DNA from: an uncultured bacterium
Lineage (GTDB): Bacteria > Patescibacteriota > Microgenomatia > Levybacterales > UBA12049
Assembly (NCBI GenBank): GCA_963826535.1
Contig: CAWGXL010000010.1
Span: 362,814 to 426,813 of the forward strand
Length of the DNA stretch: 64,000 bases
Reading direction: 5' to 3'
Made by a program: the position numbers and the translations under genes. The stretch's first letter is position 1. The number at the start of each line of letters is the position of its first letter. This document shows positions 1-10,565 of the stretch, in pieces. The notes beneath the pieces are model-generated. The model saw nothing but the letters and a program-made list of their open reading frames with translations. It was not told the origin of the DNA and did no database searches.

Positions 1-774
1 ATCTCAATTTTTGCCTTTATACTCATTGGCTCATCAATTATCGTAAATTATTTGGAATCAAGATTGGAAGTTGTAGCTTTTTTCAATGATGATGCCAAAC
101 AGTCTGATATTAACGCGCTTGAAAATAATCTCAAACAAACCGGAAAAATTGCCAATATGAAATTTGTCTCCAAAAAAGATGCACTGGCAAAATATAAACT
201 ACAGAACAAGGACGACCCTGTTCTTCTTGAATTAGTAACCGAAGACATATTGCCTGCCTCACTGGAAATTTCAACCACTAAAATTCAGGACCTTCCGGGT
301 ATTGCTCATGAGCTAAAAAGCTCTTCGTTAGTTTCCCTTGTAAGATATCCTCAAGACGTAGTTGCTACACTATCCAAATGGACAAATGCAATTAAAATTA
401 TAGGTTTAGGCTTGATCGCTATTTTGATAGCAGAATCAGTATTTATAATTATAAGTATAGTAGGGTTCAAAATTTCCCAAAAACGGGAAGAGATTGAAAT
501 AATGCGCCTTTTAAGCGCTAGTAATTCATATATAAGATGGCCATTCATATTAGAAGGTATTTTCTATGGCATTATTGGAACTATACTTGGATGGGGTGTG
601 GCTGTAGCATCTCTTTTATACGCGACTCCATATCTACAACCATTCTTGAAAGACATTCCCTTATTTCCCATCTCAACCATATTTATACTTAAATTACTCA
701 TAGGCGAATTGTTCGTGGCAGTAATGATTGGTATGTTTGCCAGCTCAGTCGCGGTTCTCCGCTACCTAAAATAA
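1..774 (+). CDS. ftsX: Cell division permease FtsX (5' partial; frame is open from base 1)
   Basis: 'FVSKKDALAKYK...ILPASLEI' extracytoplasmic loop, 'REEIEIMRLLSASNSYIRWPFILEG' FtsX signature, several TM helices. Confidence 0.9.
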   Translation: MSIFAFILIGSSIIVNYLESRLEVVAFFNDDAKQSDINALENNLKQTGKIANMKFVSKKDALAKYKLQNKDDPVLLELVTEDILPASLEISTTKIQDLPGIAHELKSSSLVSLVRYPQDVVATLSKWTNAIKIIGLGLIAILIAESVFIIISIVGFKISQKREEIEIMRLLSASNSYIRWPFILEGIFYGIIGTILGWGVAVASLLYATPYLQPFLKDIPLFPISTIFILKLLIGELFVAVMIGMFASSVAVLRYLK

Positions 775-910
775 TTCGCGTTTAAGAAGGAAAGTTTGTA
801 AATCCCGCGCGACGGACAACGATCCTAGTCCTTTACGGGAACTCGGGAACCTAATAATAAATAATATTTCCCTTTTCTATTTACATAAGGTAGAATTTAA
901 TTATACCTTT

Positions 911-936
911 GGATTCCCACATACACGGGGATGACA
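911..936. repeat. REP-like palindrome (GTCATYCCCG...GGGAATCC family), single copy
   Basis: Reverse complement is TGTCATCCCCGTGTATGTGGGAATCC; related copies at 32175-32261 and 37700-37811. Confidence 0.65.
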
Positions 937-952
937 ATTGTTAATTATATTT

Positions 953-2221
953 ATGAATATAAAAAGAAATACTATTTTGTTTTTCATAATTCTAGGTTTA
1001 AATTTTAGTTTACTTAATCCTTCTATAATATTTGCTGAGGAACCATCTTCAACTCCAGACCCCAACATAACCCTTACGCCAACTCCCGTTGATTCACAAG
1101 ATAAAGAAAACCAGTTAAAAGAACTTAATGACAAAATCCGTGATCTCGAACAGAAAATAAGCGAACTTAATAAACAAGAAGACTCGCTATCGTCACAAAT
1201 TGATGTAATGGACAATCAAATCCAATTAACAGAATACCGGATTAATGCCGTTAAAGAGCAAATTAACGAAACTACATTAGATATCGATATTGCCGGTAAG
1301 AGAATAAAAAACTTAGAAGGATCATTACATGACGTAACAAAAGTATTGCTCACCAGAATAAAAGCAACTTATCAGGCGGGAGAAATAGAACCTCTTCGTA
1401 TTCTTCTCGCGTCAAGTAATTTACGCGAATTTCTTTCCCGCGAGAGTTACTTAAGAATAGTCCAAGAGCATGATAAAGAATTACTCTACAATACACAACA
1501 AGCCAAAATCGATTACGCAAATCAAAAGAATCTAATGGAAGGCAAAAAGAAGAAAATTGTAGCATTGCAGTCCCAACTAGAAGGGTATACACAGGAACTC
1601 GATAAGGAAAAAGAAGACAAACAAGAGCTTCTCCAAATAACGCAAAATGACGAGAAGAATTATCAAAGCATGTTATCCGAAGCACGTAAACAAGTAGCTT
1701 CATTTAAGTCATTTGCCGCCTCGAGAGTGGGAACCGGAGGATCAATATTGCCAGCCCAGGCTAGCCCCGACGGATGGTATTATAACCAACGCGATGAACG
1801 TTGGGGAAGAAATTTGATAGGCTCGTCATCAGATCAAATATGGGAAGTAGGTTGCTTGCTTACCTCAGTTGCTATGGTGTTAAAGAAACATGGTGAGGAT
1901 GTAACTCCTGCAAATATTGCCTCTATTACAAGCTATTATGCATTTTCCACTGCAGGTATGAGGATTCCTTGGGGAGGAGGCAAATTCACTTCGATTTGGC
2001 AGCGTGATTTTGGTGCAATTGACAGCAAGCTCGCAGCAGGTGAGCCGGTTATTATAGGCGTCAATGTAAATACAAATAGTGTTGGCACTCATTTTATAGT
2101 CTTGAAAAGCGGATCAAACGGTGACTATATTATGAATGACCCCTGGTACGGTCCAGATCTCAACTTCTCAGATTATTATTCGACCGGTCAAATATTCCAA
2201 TATGGGTTCTATCAGGGATAA
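953..2221 (+). CDS. Secreted coiled-coil (PcsB/CwlO-like) protein with C-terminal peptidase C39-like domain; probable FtsEX-activated cell-wall hydrolase
   Basis: Signal peptide, ~200-aa coiled coil, then 'YYNQRDERW...VGCLLTSVAMVL...HFIVL...NDPW'; directly after ftsX. ATG at 953 preferred to TTG 938. Confidence 0.7.
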   Translation: MNIKRNTILFFIILGLNFSLLNPSIIFAEEPSSTPDPNITLTPTPVDSQDKENQLKELNDKIRDLEQKISELNKQEDSLSSQIDVMDNQIQLTEYRINAVKEQINETTLDIDIAGKRIKNLEGSLHDVTKVLLTRIKATYQAGEIEPLRILLASSNLREFLSRESYLRIVQEHDKELLYNTQQAKIDYANQKNLMEGKKKKIVALQSQLEGYTQELDKEKEDKQELLQITQNDEKNYQSMLSEARKQVASFKSFAASRVGTGGSILPAQASPDGWYYNQRDERWGRNLIGSSSDQIWEVGCLLTSVAMVLKKHGEDVTPANIASITSYYAFSTAGMRIPWGGGKFTSIWQRDFGAIDSKLAAGEPVIIGVNVNTNSVGTHFIVLKSGSNGDYIMNDPWYGPDLNFSDYYSTGQIFQYGFYQG

Positions 2222-2263
2222 AAAATACTTAAGTTTACATTATAATGATAAAATAGAAAATGA

Positions 2264-4039
2264 ATGAAACCGATCCTGCTTACAGGTTTGATATTTCTGC
2301 TATTAGCTTTTTCCACTAGCCAAATCGCTGCAGATGAAGGTTGGGTAATTGAGAGGTTCCAATCAGATATAACACTACAAAAATCCGGAGAGGCAAAAAT
2401 TATTGAGACGATCACCGTTGACTTTAACAATCTTTCCAAACATGGAATTTATCGCGATATCCCATATGTCTACGAATTATCCGGCGATAAAACTTATACC
2501 GAAATTTCCGTAAAGCAAATAATTCAAAATAACGAAAATGCAAAATATCAAATTTCGCGGGACGAAGATTATTTACGAATTAAAATCGGAGACCCCAACA
2601 TAACCATTTCAGGTAAAAACACTTACCAACTTGAATATATCGCCACAGGAATTCTCAGAGGTTACGAAGAATATGATGAATTCTATTGGAATGTCACAGG
2701 AAACAACTGGCCGGTACCCATCAATCTTGTAGACGTCACTTTCACGATACCCGAAGATGGTATTATGCGTATTGCTTGCTTCGAAGGATATACAAGCTCA
2801 ACTTCTCAATGTCGCAACACGCAAACTCTTAATACCGCACGCTTCAGTTCAACCAGAATACTTGACTCATCTGAAGGTATGACTGTAGTTGTTGGCTACA
2901 AGAAAAATCTCATACCTCTATTAACTGTTGAGAGACCCAAAACATTTCTTGAAAAATTTCTTTCCTGGCCATCACTTATGACGCTCGCTATTTCATTTAT
3001 ATTTGCTGTTGGTATGGTTATATCTCTCTGGTTTAAATATGGACGCGATTATTGGCTAGGTGAAAACCCCTTTGGAAAAAAGCTCGATACTGGCTCAATA
3101 AAGCCTATCGGTGGTCACGAAACAATAGTCGTAGAGTTTACTCCTCCGGACAAACTCAGTCCCGCGGAGATGGGTGTACTTATGGATGAGCGGGCACACA
3201 CTCATGATGTTGTCGCGACCATAATCGATTTAGCAGCGCGGGGTTATCTAACAATTACAGAAGTACCAAAAAAATGGTTATTTGGAAAAACAGATTATAT
3301 CCTAACCAAACAAAATATTGAAAAGCAAATCAAAAAAACATTACAATTATATGAAGAAAAACTTCTCAAAAAGTTATTTGTTAGTAGCGCTACAATTACA
3401 GTATCTGAATTGAAAACCACATTTTACCAAGAGCTAAAAGAAATTAAAGAAGAGCTTTATAAAGTTGTAGTTTCAAAACATCTTTTTCCTTCAAACCCGG
3501 ATAAAGTACGAACAAAATATATCATTATTGCCGTAGTAATTATCATTGCCGGAATTGCTGCCATGGCATTCAGTATCGAAAACGATCTAATTTTCCCGGC
3601 CGATTTTAGTGCGGGTATTATTAGCTCCGGGCTTATACTTTCAGTCGTCTCACAATTCATGCCGCGGAGAACAGCTTACGGAAGAAACTTGTACCGCCGG
3701 TCAAAGGGATATCTTCATTTTATCAAAAGCGCCGAGAAATACAGACAGCAATATTTTGAAAAAGAAAATCTTTTCAACCAAGTCCTTCCCTACGCGATTA
3801 TATTCGGACTAACAGAAAAATTTTCAAAAGCTATGCACGATATAGGAGTAAAAAATACTAATACGGGGTGGTTCGTTGGCACTCATCCGTTCCACTCCCA
3901 AACATTCGCCGCTAGTATGAATGATTTTTCAAAATCTATGTCTACAGCAATTGCAACAACTCCCAAAGGCAGTGGATTTTCCGCCGGTGGAGGATCCTCA
4001 GGCGGCGGCTTTGGCGGCGGCGGGGGAGGAAGTTGGTAA
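2264..4039 (+). CDS. DUF2207 family membrane protein
   Basis: 'HGIYRDIP', 'EFYWNVTGNNW', 'ATIIDLAARGYL', 'LPYAIIFG' and a Gly-rich 'GGGFGGGGGGSW' C-terminus. Confidence 0.88.
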   Translation: MKPILLTGLIFLLLAFSTSQIAADEGWVIERFQSDITLQKSGEAKIIETITVDFNNLSKHGIYRDIPYVYELSGDKTYTEISVKQIIQNNENAKYQISRDEDYLRIKIGDPNITISGKNTYQLEYIATGILRGYEEYDEFYWNVTGNNWPVPINLVDVTFTIPEDGIMRIACFEGYTSSTSQCRNTQTLNTARFSSTRILDSSEGMTVVVGYKKNLIPLLTVERPKTFLEKFLSWPSLMTLAISFIFAVGMVISLWFKYGRDYWLGENPFGKKLDTGSIKPIGGHETIVVEFTPPDKLSPAEMGVLMDERAHTHDVVATIIDLAARGYLTITEVPKKWLFGKTDYILTKQNIEKQIKKTLQLYEEKLLKKLFVSSATITVSELKTTFYQELKEIKEELYKVVVSKHLFPSNPDKVRTKYIIIAVVIIIAGIAAMAFSIENDLIFPADFSAGIISSGLILSVVSQFMPRRTAYGRNLYRRSKGYLHFIKSAEKYRQQYFEKENLFNQVLPYAIIFGLTEKFSKAMHDIGVKNTNTGWFVGTHPFHSQTFAASMNDFSKSMSTAIATTPKGSGFSAGGGSSGGGFGGGGGGSW

Positions 4040-4113
4040 ATCACAGCATATCGATTAACTGATAAAAAGAATAAACTGTAGATCTCTTTATATGTTATAA
4101 TAGAATTCAGAGT

Positions 4114-4830
4114 ATGTCAGCAGCACTTTCCATCAAACACCTCACCAAACATTATGGCAAAAATATTGCTGTAGATGATCTTTCCCTTGAAGTTAAAAAG
4201 GGGGAATTTTTTTCATTTCTCGGCCCAAATGGAGCCGGTAAAACAACTACCATTCATCTTACCACCGGTATCAGCCGTATGGAAAAAGGCACTATTAAAG
4301 TCTTCGGGTTCGATGTAGTAAAAGATTATCGTGAAGCCCGCAAGAAAATTGGACTCTCACCTCAAGAATTTAACACAGATTTTTTCGGAAAGGTTACAAA
4401 TATTTTAGACAACGTAGCAGGATTCTATGGAATGCCCGGCAGTGCAAGGAAAAAACGCATAGGAGAACTGCTAGAGCAATTTAACCTAAAAGACCATGCC
4501 AATAAACAATTTAACCAACTCTCAGGAGGACTAAAAAGACGTGTCATGCTTGCCCGGGCAATGGTTCATGACCCTGAACTTCTCATTCTCGATGAGCCAA
4601 CAGCCGGTGTTGATGTAAATTTACGTATAGAATTATGGCAACACCTAAGAGATCTCAACAAAGCCGGTAAAACAATTTTCCTTACTACACATTATCTCGA
4701 AGAAGTCGAAGCTTTAGCCAAACGTATAGCAATTATTAACAGAGGAAATATTGTCAAAATTGGAAACAAAAATGAATTTATGGGCAAAGGTAAAAAACTG
4801 GAAGCGACATACCTTAAACTAACACAATAA
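4114..4830 (+). CDS. ABC transporter ATP-binding protein (YadG-like)
   Basis: Walker A GPNGAGKTT, LSGG signature, LILDEPT Walker B, TTHYLEE. Confidence 0.92.
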   Translation: MSAALSIKHLTKHYGKNIAVDDLSLEVKKGEFFSFLGPNGAGKTTTIHLTTGISRMEKGTIKVFGFDVVKDYREARKKIGLSPQEFNTDFFGKVTNILDNVAGFYGMPGSARKKRIGELLEQFNLKDHANKQFNQLSGGLKRRVMLARAMVHDPELLILDEPTAGVDVNLRIELWQHLRDLNKAGKTIFLTTHYLEEVEALAKRIAIINRGNIVKIGNKNEFMGKGKKLEATYLKLTQ

Positions 4831-4844
4831 TTTAAATCTTAACT

Positions 4845-5606
4845 ATGAACTGGATCGGACTTAATACATTAGTCAAACAAGAAATACAACGCACATTACG
4901 CGTAGCAATTCAAACGCTCGTAACTCCCTGGATAAGCGCTGTACTCTTTATTTTTGTATTTGGATCCGTATTAGGAAGCAGAATTGACACTATTGAAGGG
5001 ATACGCTATATCCAATTTGTACTTCCGGGTATTCTTATGATGAACGTACTCACCTCAGCCTTCTCCCACTCATCTTCATCAGTATATTTCCAACGCTTTG
5101 TGCGAAATATTGAAGAGATGCTGGTCGCACCCTTATCACACGCAGAAATGATCTTTGGCTACCTTGCCGGAGCCGTTGCACGTGCCTTAATAGTGGGTAT
5201 TGGAATATTAATAATTGGCGTCGCTTTCAACGCGCTTACTTTATACAATGTACCACTATTTTTATTTTATATCATAGGTGTATCAATAATCTTCGGCCTT
5301 CTCGGTATCCTGATAGGCTTATGGTCAAGCAATTTTGAACAGCTTAATCTACTTAACACATTTATACTTATGCCGCTTTCATTTCTAGGGGGCATGTTCA
5401 ATTCAGTCCAAATGCTTCCTTCATTCCTACAACCCTACGCCTATTTCAACCCGCTTCTATACTTCAATGATGGCGTCCGCTATTCCATGACCGGCTTCTC
5501 AGAAACAAATATCGCCGTCGGTATGAGCATCATTGTCATTTCAATAATAATCCTTTTCGCACTTACCTGGCACCTCTTTACAATAGGTTGGAGATTAAGA
5601 ACTTAA
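4845..5606 (+). CDS. ABC-2 type permease (YadH-like)
   Basis: About six TM helices, 'YIQFVLPGILMM', 'IEEMLVAPLS'; operonic with the ATPase. Confidence 0.88.
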   Translation: MNWIGLNTLVKQEIQRTLRVAIQTLVTPWISAVLFIFVFGSVLGSRIDTIEGIRYIQFVLPGILMMNVLTSAFSHSSSSVYFQRFVRNIEEMLVAPLSHAEMIFGYLAGAVARALIVGIGILIIGVAFNALTLYNVPLFLFYIIGVSIIFGLLGILIGLWSSNFEQLNLLNTFILMPLSFLGGMFNSVQMLPSFLQPYAYFNPLLYFNDGVRYSMTGFSETNIAVGMSIIVISIIILFALTWHLFTIGWRLRT

Positions 5607-5683
5607 TTCATTTACGCTCATTTCCCCCCTTCCCACTTTACTAAGAATCTAATATACTTTAATTAGACTTATGGTCTTTAATT

Positions 5684-6610
5684 ATGTATATTATACTTAG
5701 AACATTTTTAATTAGTTTGTTTTTATTATTTACTTGTCATTCATTCGTGTATGCAAAGCTTTATGTCAATGAGTTTTCTTCATTTACCTCAGATGATGAC
5801 TGGATAGAGCTACATAACACCGAGCCAAACTCAATATTACTTGAAAATTATTGTATACAAGACGATTCCTCAACTAACAAATTATTATTAGAAGGCACCA
5901 TAGCTACAGGTGAATTTATTTTATTTAATTGGACAAATAAACTTAACAAATCTGATGATGTAATTAAACTTTTTTTTAATTGCGATGAGAGCCAACCACC
6001 AATTGACCAAGTTACATATGGGAAATCCGAAAAAGATGTTGTTGCTCCCAGTGAAGGACAAACTGCAGGAAGAAAAACCGATGGGGGAGAAGAATGGACA
6101 ATTTTTGCCGAAGCCTCCGCAGGAAAACCAAATACGACCCCATTAGCACCAACCGAAACCCCTATTCCTACAAATACCCTCGCTCCTACACGCACCCCCA
6201 CTCCAACAAAGACTCCAACCCCAACGCCCACACCCAAAACTCCGATACCCACAAAAGTTCCAGCTCATACAAAAACCCCAACCCCAATTAAATTAGTGTC
6301 CACATTTAGACCCACAATCACTATTTTACCATCTCCTAAAATCAATACTATATCTATTACCAAATCCAAAACTATTAAAACCACAGTAAAACCTACTAGA
6401 AAATCATTACCTACAGCAATACTAGGTATTAGTTCAAAATCAGCAAAACTAAACCTCTCGCCACAAAAAAATAAATCCAAATCTCTAACAAAATCCGGTA
6501 CAGACACAAAATCACCGATTATTATTTTTTCTATTTCTATAGCAATATTATTAATATCCTGTGCTATACTATTTTTCATAAAAAGAAAAAAACTAAATCA
6601 GGAATCATGA
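5684..6610 (+). CDS. Surface protein with lamin-tail-like domain, Pro/Thr linker and C-terminal TM anchor
   Basis: Signal peptide, 'VNEF...DWIELHN', PTPTKTPTPT linker, hydrophobic C-terminus followed by KRKK. Confidence 0.7.
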   Translation: MYIILRTFLISLFLLFTCHSFVYAKLYVNEFSSFTSDDDWIELHNTEPNSILLENYCIQDDSSTNKLLLEGTIATGEFILFNWTNKLNKSDDVIKLFFNCDESQPPIDQVTYGKSEKDVVAPSEGQTAGRKTDGGEEWTIFAEASAGKPNTTPLAPTETPIPTNTLAPTRTPTPTKTPTPTPTPKTPIPTKVPAHTKTPTPIKLVSTFRPTITILPSPKINTISITKSKTIKTTVKPTRKSLPTAILGISSKSAKLNLSPQKNKSKSLTKSGTDTKSPIIIFSISIAILLISCAILFFIKRKKLNQES

Positions 6611-7047
6611 AAAAAACGATTATTACCAATTCATCTCAAGAGACACATAAACTGGGTGCCGATTTTGCCCGCAACATCAAAGGCATTGGTGTTCTTGCGC
6701 TCTATGGTGACCTTGGTAGTGGCAAAACAACTTTTATCCAGGGACTTGCAAAAGGCCTTGGTATTCAAAAAAATATTACTTCACCGACCTTTATAATTAT
6801 GAGATCATATAATATAAACCTCGATCATCAATCTTCAATCATCAACAATTTCTATCACATCGATTTATACAGAATAAAAAATGAAAAAGATACTCAGGAA
6901 CTTGGGTTAATCGAGCTTATGAAGGATTCACAAAACCTATTCGCCATCGAATGGCCGGAAAAAATAGAAAAATTATTACCAAGGATAACAAAAAGACTCT
7001 ATTTTAAATATATAGACGAAGACGTTCGAGAAATTAAAATAGTATAA
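6607..7047 (+). CDS. tsaE: tRNA t6A biosynthesis ATPase TsaE
   Basis: GDLGSGKTT, SPTF, HIDLYR, IEWPE motifs. Confidence 0.95.
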   Translation: MKKTIITNSSQETHKLGADFARNIKGIGVLALYGDLGSGKTTFIQGLAKGLGIQKNITSPTFIIMRSYNINLDHQSSIINNFYHIDLYRIKNEKDTQELGLIELMKDSQNLFAIEWPEKIEKLLPRITKRLYFKYIDEDVREIKIV

Positions 7048-7085
7048 CTATCATTCCTTCTCCTTTTGAGAGAGGGAATTAACCA

Positions 7086-7667
7086 ATGAATAAAAATATA
7101 CAACAAGCAATAAAAATCTTAAACCAGGGTGGTATAATTATTTTTCCCACAGACACAGCCTTTGGTATCGGTTGCCGCATTGATAATGAAAAAGCAATAC
7201 AAAGATTATTCCAAATTCGCAAAAGACCTGAAAATCAAGCCACACCAGTATTAGTTGAAAATTTAAACATGGCCCGGCAATATCTTCTTCTTATTCAGGA
7301 TAAAGTAGTCGATAAATTAATAAATCGTTACTGGCCTGGAGCATTAACAATTATTTTACCTTGTAAGAAAGTAAAAATTCCCAATCTTGTTAGGGGAAAT
7401 AGTGACAACCTTGGCGTCCGCATGCCAAATCATCGAATTTCTCTTTCCATAATTCAAGCTGTCGGTGTTCCTATTCTTGGTCCATCTGCTAATTTACATG
7501 GCGAAAAAACACCTTACCAAAATGAGGATTTAGACAAAGCGCTAACTAAAAAAGTAGATTTTGTAGTTGAGGGAGTATGCACAATAAAACAAGAGTCAAC
7601 AGTAATAAATTGTTCAATAAACCCCTGGAAAATATTAAGACAGGGCGCTATAAAAATAAATATTTAA
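7086..7667 (+). CDS. tsaC: L-threonylcarbamoyladenylate synthase (TsaC/YrdC domain only)
   Basis: FPTDTAFGIGC, WPGALTII, GVRMPNH, SANLHG, ILRQG. Confidence 0.92.
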   Translation: MNKNIQQAIKILNQGGIIIFPTDTAFGIGCRIDNEKAIQRLFQIRKRPENQATPVLVENLNMARQYLLLIQDKVVDKLINRYWPGALTIILPCKKVKIPNLVRGNSDNLGVRMPNHRISLSIIQAVGVPILGPSANLHGEKTPYQNEDLDKALTKKVDFVVEGVCTIKQESTVINCSINPWKILRQGAIKINI

Positions 7668-7676
7668 CTAAAAATT

Positions 7677-8006
7677 ATGAAAATTATACTTTTTATCGAC
7701 ACCTCAAACAACATAGAGATTAAAGTAGGTATAATCCGAAATGAAAAAAAATATATTAAACGTCACAAACTTAATAAACAAAAAGCTCAAGCTGTTTTAC
7801 TCATGATAGAAAAATGTTTAAAGGATCACAAATTAACAATTAAAGATATTACAAAAATTAATATAAATTCCGGTCCTGGCTCATTTACCGGAATTCGCGT
7901 CGGTTTGGCTGTTGCAAATACACTCGCATTTCTACTCAAAATCCCAATTAATAAAAATCCTCTAGGCAAAATGGCTGAGCCGGTTTACTCAAAATTTAGC
8001 CCTTGA
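7677..8006 (+). CDS. tsaB: TsaB, short form (N-terminal domain only)
   Basis: 'LFIDTS', 'GPGSFTGIRVGLAVANTLA'; only 109 aa. Confidence 0.85.
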   Translation: MKIILFIDTSNNIEIKVGIIRNEKKYIKRHKLNKQKAQAVLLMIEKCLKDHKLTIKDITKININSGPGSFTGIRVGLAVANTLAFLLKIPINKNPLGKMAEPVYSKFSP

Positions 8007-8076
8007 TACATTGATATCGAAGATGCCCCGAGGGGTACTCTTGATACTCCTGATACTTTTCTAATATACTAAATAC

Positions 8077-9024
8077 ATGAGAAAGTTTTTTCACCATCTT
8101 TTTTTCCCTCATGCCTCAAACAATCATCGTTCCAAAGTCCTTCATCTGGATAGTTTGTTAATTACCATAGCAATATTAATCTTTACTTCCTTTCTTTTAT
8201 CGTCCCTACAGAAAGAATACCCCGAGGTGTTAGGAATATCAAACAATATTACTCCGATCGATTTGTTAAACATAACCAACCAGATCCGTCAGAAAAATGG
8301 ACTTTCTCATCTCAAACTCGACTCGGAGCTATCCCAAGCCGCGTCAAACAAAGCATCAGACATGTTCGCAAAAAATTATTGGTCACATGTCGCACCGGAT
8401 GGAGTCACGCCTTGGATATTTATCAAAAATTCGGGTTATGACTATCTCTATGCAGGTGAAAATTTGGGCAGAGGATTTTCCGGTGCATCGGAAGTTGTTG
8501 ATGCCTGGATGGCTAGCCCGTCACATCGGGATAATATGTTGTCTCCCAATTACAATGATGTTGGATATGCGATCGCAACCGGAGCATTAACCGGAAACGA
8601 TACAGTATTAGTTGTAGAAATGTTTGGAAGTAGATATGGACCAAAACAGACTGCACTAGCAGTAACAGTTAACAATTCAAATACGCCGGCCACGGATACG
8701 TCATCCACCCCGGCAGCTTTAATTATTACAAATAGTACACCTCAGCCATCGCAAACGCTATCATCGCCGGGGCCGGAACCAACGCCATTCCCTATTAAGC
8801 AAGTTGCTGCTATACAACAACAACCGTTAATCGATAAAAATGATTTCACTAAAAATATTGCAATTATTATTTTAGTGCTTTTTATCGTAACTCTGGCAAT
8901 AGATGCGTTTATCATTGAAAAGAAAAAAATTATTAGAGTAGTATCGCATAATCTTGATCATATTATCTATCTAATAATCATTCTATTGACTATTATTGTT
9001 ATAGGAAGAGGATTAGTACTCTAA
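8077..9024 (+). CDS. Membrane-anchored CAP/SCP domain protein
   Basis: 'TNQIRQKNGL', 'YWSHVAPDG', 'AGENLGRG', 'WMASPSHRDNML'; N- and C-terminal TM segments. Confidence 0.88.
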   Translation: MRKFFHHLFFPHASNNHRSKVLHLDSLLITIAILIFTSFLLSSLQKEYPEVLGISNNITPIDLLNITNQIRQKNGLSHLKLDSELSQAASNKASDMFAKNYWSHVAPDGVTPWIFIKNSGYDYLYAGENLGRGFSGASEVVDAWMASPSHRDNMLSPNYNDVGYAIATGALTGNDTVLVVEMFGSRYGPKQTALAVTVNNSNTPATDTSSTPAALIITNSTPQPSQTLSSPGPEPTPFPIKQVAAIQQQPLIDKNDFTKNIAIIILVLFIVTLAIDAFIIEKKKIIRVVSHNLDHIIYLIIILLTIIVIGRGLVL

Positions 9025-9281
9025 TGATACAACGATTACGAATACATCTAAAATATTACTTAGCACTGATTTTCCTGCAAATTGCAGGCTTCTTCATTCT
9101 TCTGTCACTCTCGGGTAACAGAGAGCTTCAAATCTCGGTTATTATCGGCTCGACTTTCGTATATGTAGGCTGGGCAATTCTCCATCAATACGTTGAGCAT
9201 AGCTTAACTACAAAAATAGTGGTAGAATATGTGTTATTCGGAGTTTTCGGATTAATAGTTTCATTAATATTCTTTAAATAG
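9024..9281 (+). CDS. Small membrane protein (3 TM), function unknown
   Basis: Hydrophobic ORF translationally coupled (TAATG) to the CAP gene. Confidence 0.7.
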   Translation: MIQRLRIHLKYYLALIFLQIAGFFILLSLSGNRELQISVIIGSTFVYVGWAILHQYVEHSLTTKIVVEYVLFGVFGLIVSLIFFK

Positions 9282-9339
9282 ATTATATGTGTTTTTTGTT
9301 ACATCATAAGTCATACGTCAAATAGCTTAATTCATATTT

Positions 9340-10077
9340 ATGAAAGGTATTATATTGGCTGGTGGTAAAGCAACAAGACTTCTTCCATTGACGAAGATCA
9401 CTTCAAAGCAATTATTGCCCATTTACAATAAACCAATGATATTTTATCCTCTAGAGACTCTACTTATTGCTGGAGTAAAAGATATCCTAATTATTATCTC
9501 CCCGGAATACTCCGGTCATTTTTTAAATCTTTTAGGATCAGGTAAAGAATTTAACGCAAATTTTACTTATGAAATTCAGGAAGAGCCACGAGGTCTTGCT
9601 GACGCATTTATAGTGGGAGAAAATTTTATTAAAGATGATAATGTAACTATGATTTTAGGAGATAATATTTTTGATTATAATTTTACTCAGGAGATAAAAA
9701 ATTTTCAAAGCGGAGGACATATTTTTGCGATTAAAGTCCCGGATCCTCAAAGATATGCCGTAGTTGAATTTGATGAAGCAGGAAAGGCTTTATCTATTGT
9801 TGAGAAGCCCCAAAATCCAAAAAGCGATTATGCTGTTCCCGGAATTTATATATTTGATAAAAGGGCATCAGAATTTGCAAAAAAAATAACTCCATCCGAG
9901 CGGGGAGAGTTGGAAATAACATCTCTTTATAACCAGTATCATACACTTAAAGAGTTGAAAGTCAGTGCACTTGATTGTATATGGGAAGATGCAGGGACCT
10001 TTGATAGTCTGATCCGGGCTGGTAATTTTATGTATGAAAAATTTAAGAAAGGGGGTAAGCAAAATGAGCAACACTAG
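9340..10077 (+). CDS. rfbA: Glucose-1-phosphate thymidylyltransferase (short RmlA/SpsI type)
   Basis: GIILAGGKATRL, SKQLLPIY, LGDNIF, SERGELEIT, DAGTFDSL. Confidence 0.92.
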   Translation: MKGIILAGGKATRLLPLTKITSKQLLPIYNKPMIFYPLETLLIAGVKDILIIISPEYSGHFLNLLGSGKEFNANFTYEIQEEPRGLADAFIVGENFIKDDNVTMILGDNIFDYNFTQEIKNFQSGGHIFAIKVPDPQRYAVVEFDEAGKALSIVEKPQNPKSDYAVPGIYIFDKRASEFAKKITPSERGELEITSLYNQYHTLKELKVSALDCIWEDAGTFDSLIRAGNFMYEKFKKGGKQNEQH

Positions 10078-10507
10078 AATAGAGGATGCAAAAAAAGTTA
10101 TAACCTACGATCACGAAAAAAAAGAAAATGGCTGGCTTATAGAACTCTTTAAAGACAAAGAAACCGGTCTAAAAACCGAGGCCTATTTGACCTCTGCTCT
10201 TCCGGGAGCTTTCAAAGGCTATCATCTCCACCGGGTAAGAGCCGCCAGATATGTTTGTTTAAAAGGAAAAATTAAAATTACGACTTACGAAAGGGAAAAT
10301 AATGCGTGGGTTAAAGCAGAAAACGTTTTAGATGCATCAACACCCAAACGTTTATTTATTCCAAAAGACACAGCAACCGGACTTGAAAATATAGGTTCAG
10401 AAGAGGCTTGGCTGGTAAACTATCCCGACCCGCCATACGATCCCAGCTTAAAAGACGAACAAGTCGAATATACTAAAGAAGAATTAGAAAGTGGGATTGT
10501 CAAATAA
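10064..10507 (+). CDS. RmlC-like cupin (dTDP-4-dehydrorhamnose 3,5-epimerase family)
   Basis: 'GAFKGYHLH...YVCLKGKIK...LFIPK' cupin motifs; between rmlA and rmlB; AAAGGGGG RBS before ATG 10064. Confidence 0.7.
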   Translation: MSNTRIEDAKKVITYDHEKKENGWLIELFKDKETGLKTEAYLTSALPGAFKGYHLHRVRAARYVCLKGKIKITTYERENNAWVKAENVLDASTPKRLFIPKDTATGLENIGSEEAWLVNYPDPPYDPSLKDEQVEYTKEELESGIVK

Positions 10508-10565
10508 ATAAAATAACAATTGCTTGGCTCTTGTTTTCAACTAAAAATATGGTAAAATAACTTCC

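Noticed and set aside
775-852. GC-rich stretch after ftsX as an ncRNA
   Set aside because: Only weak TCCCG/CGGGA complementarity and no second copy in the window; cannot be supported.
5848-6579. Minus-strand GVGVGV-rich ORFs
   Set aside because: Antisense shadows of the Pro/Thr linker of the 5684-6610 gene.
7677-8006. tsaB as a pseudogene
   Set aside because: The ORF is clean, keeps the key motif and shows no downstream remnant; a naturally short form is more plausible.
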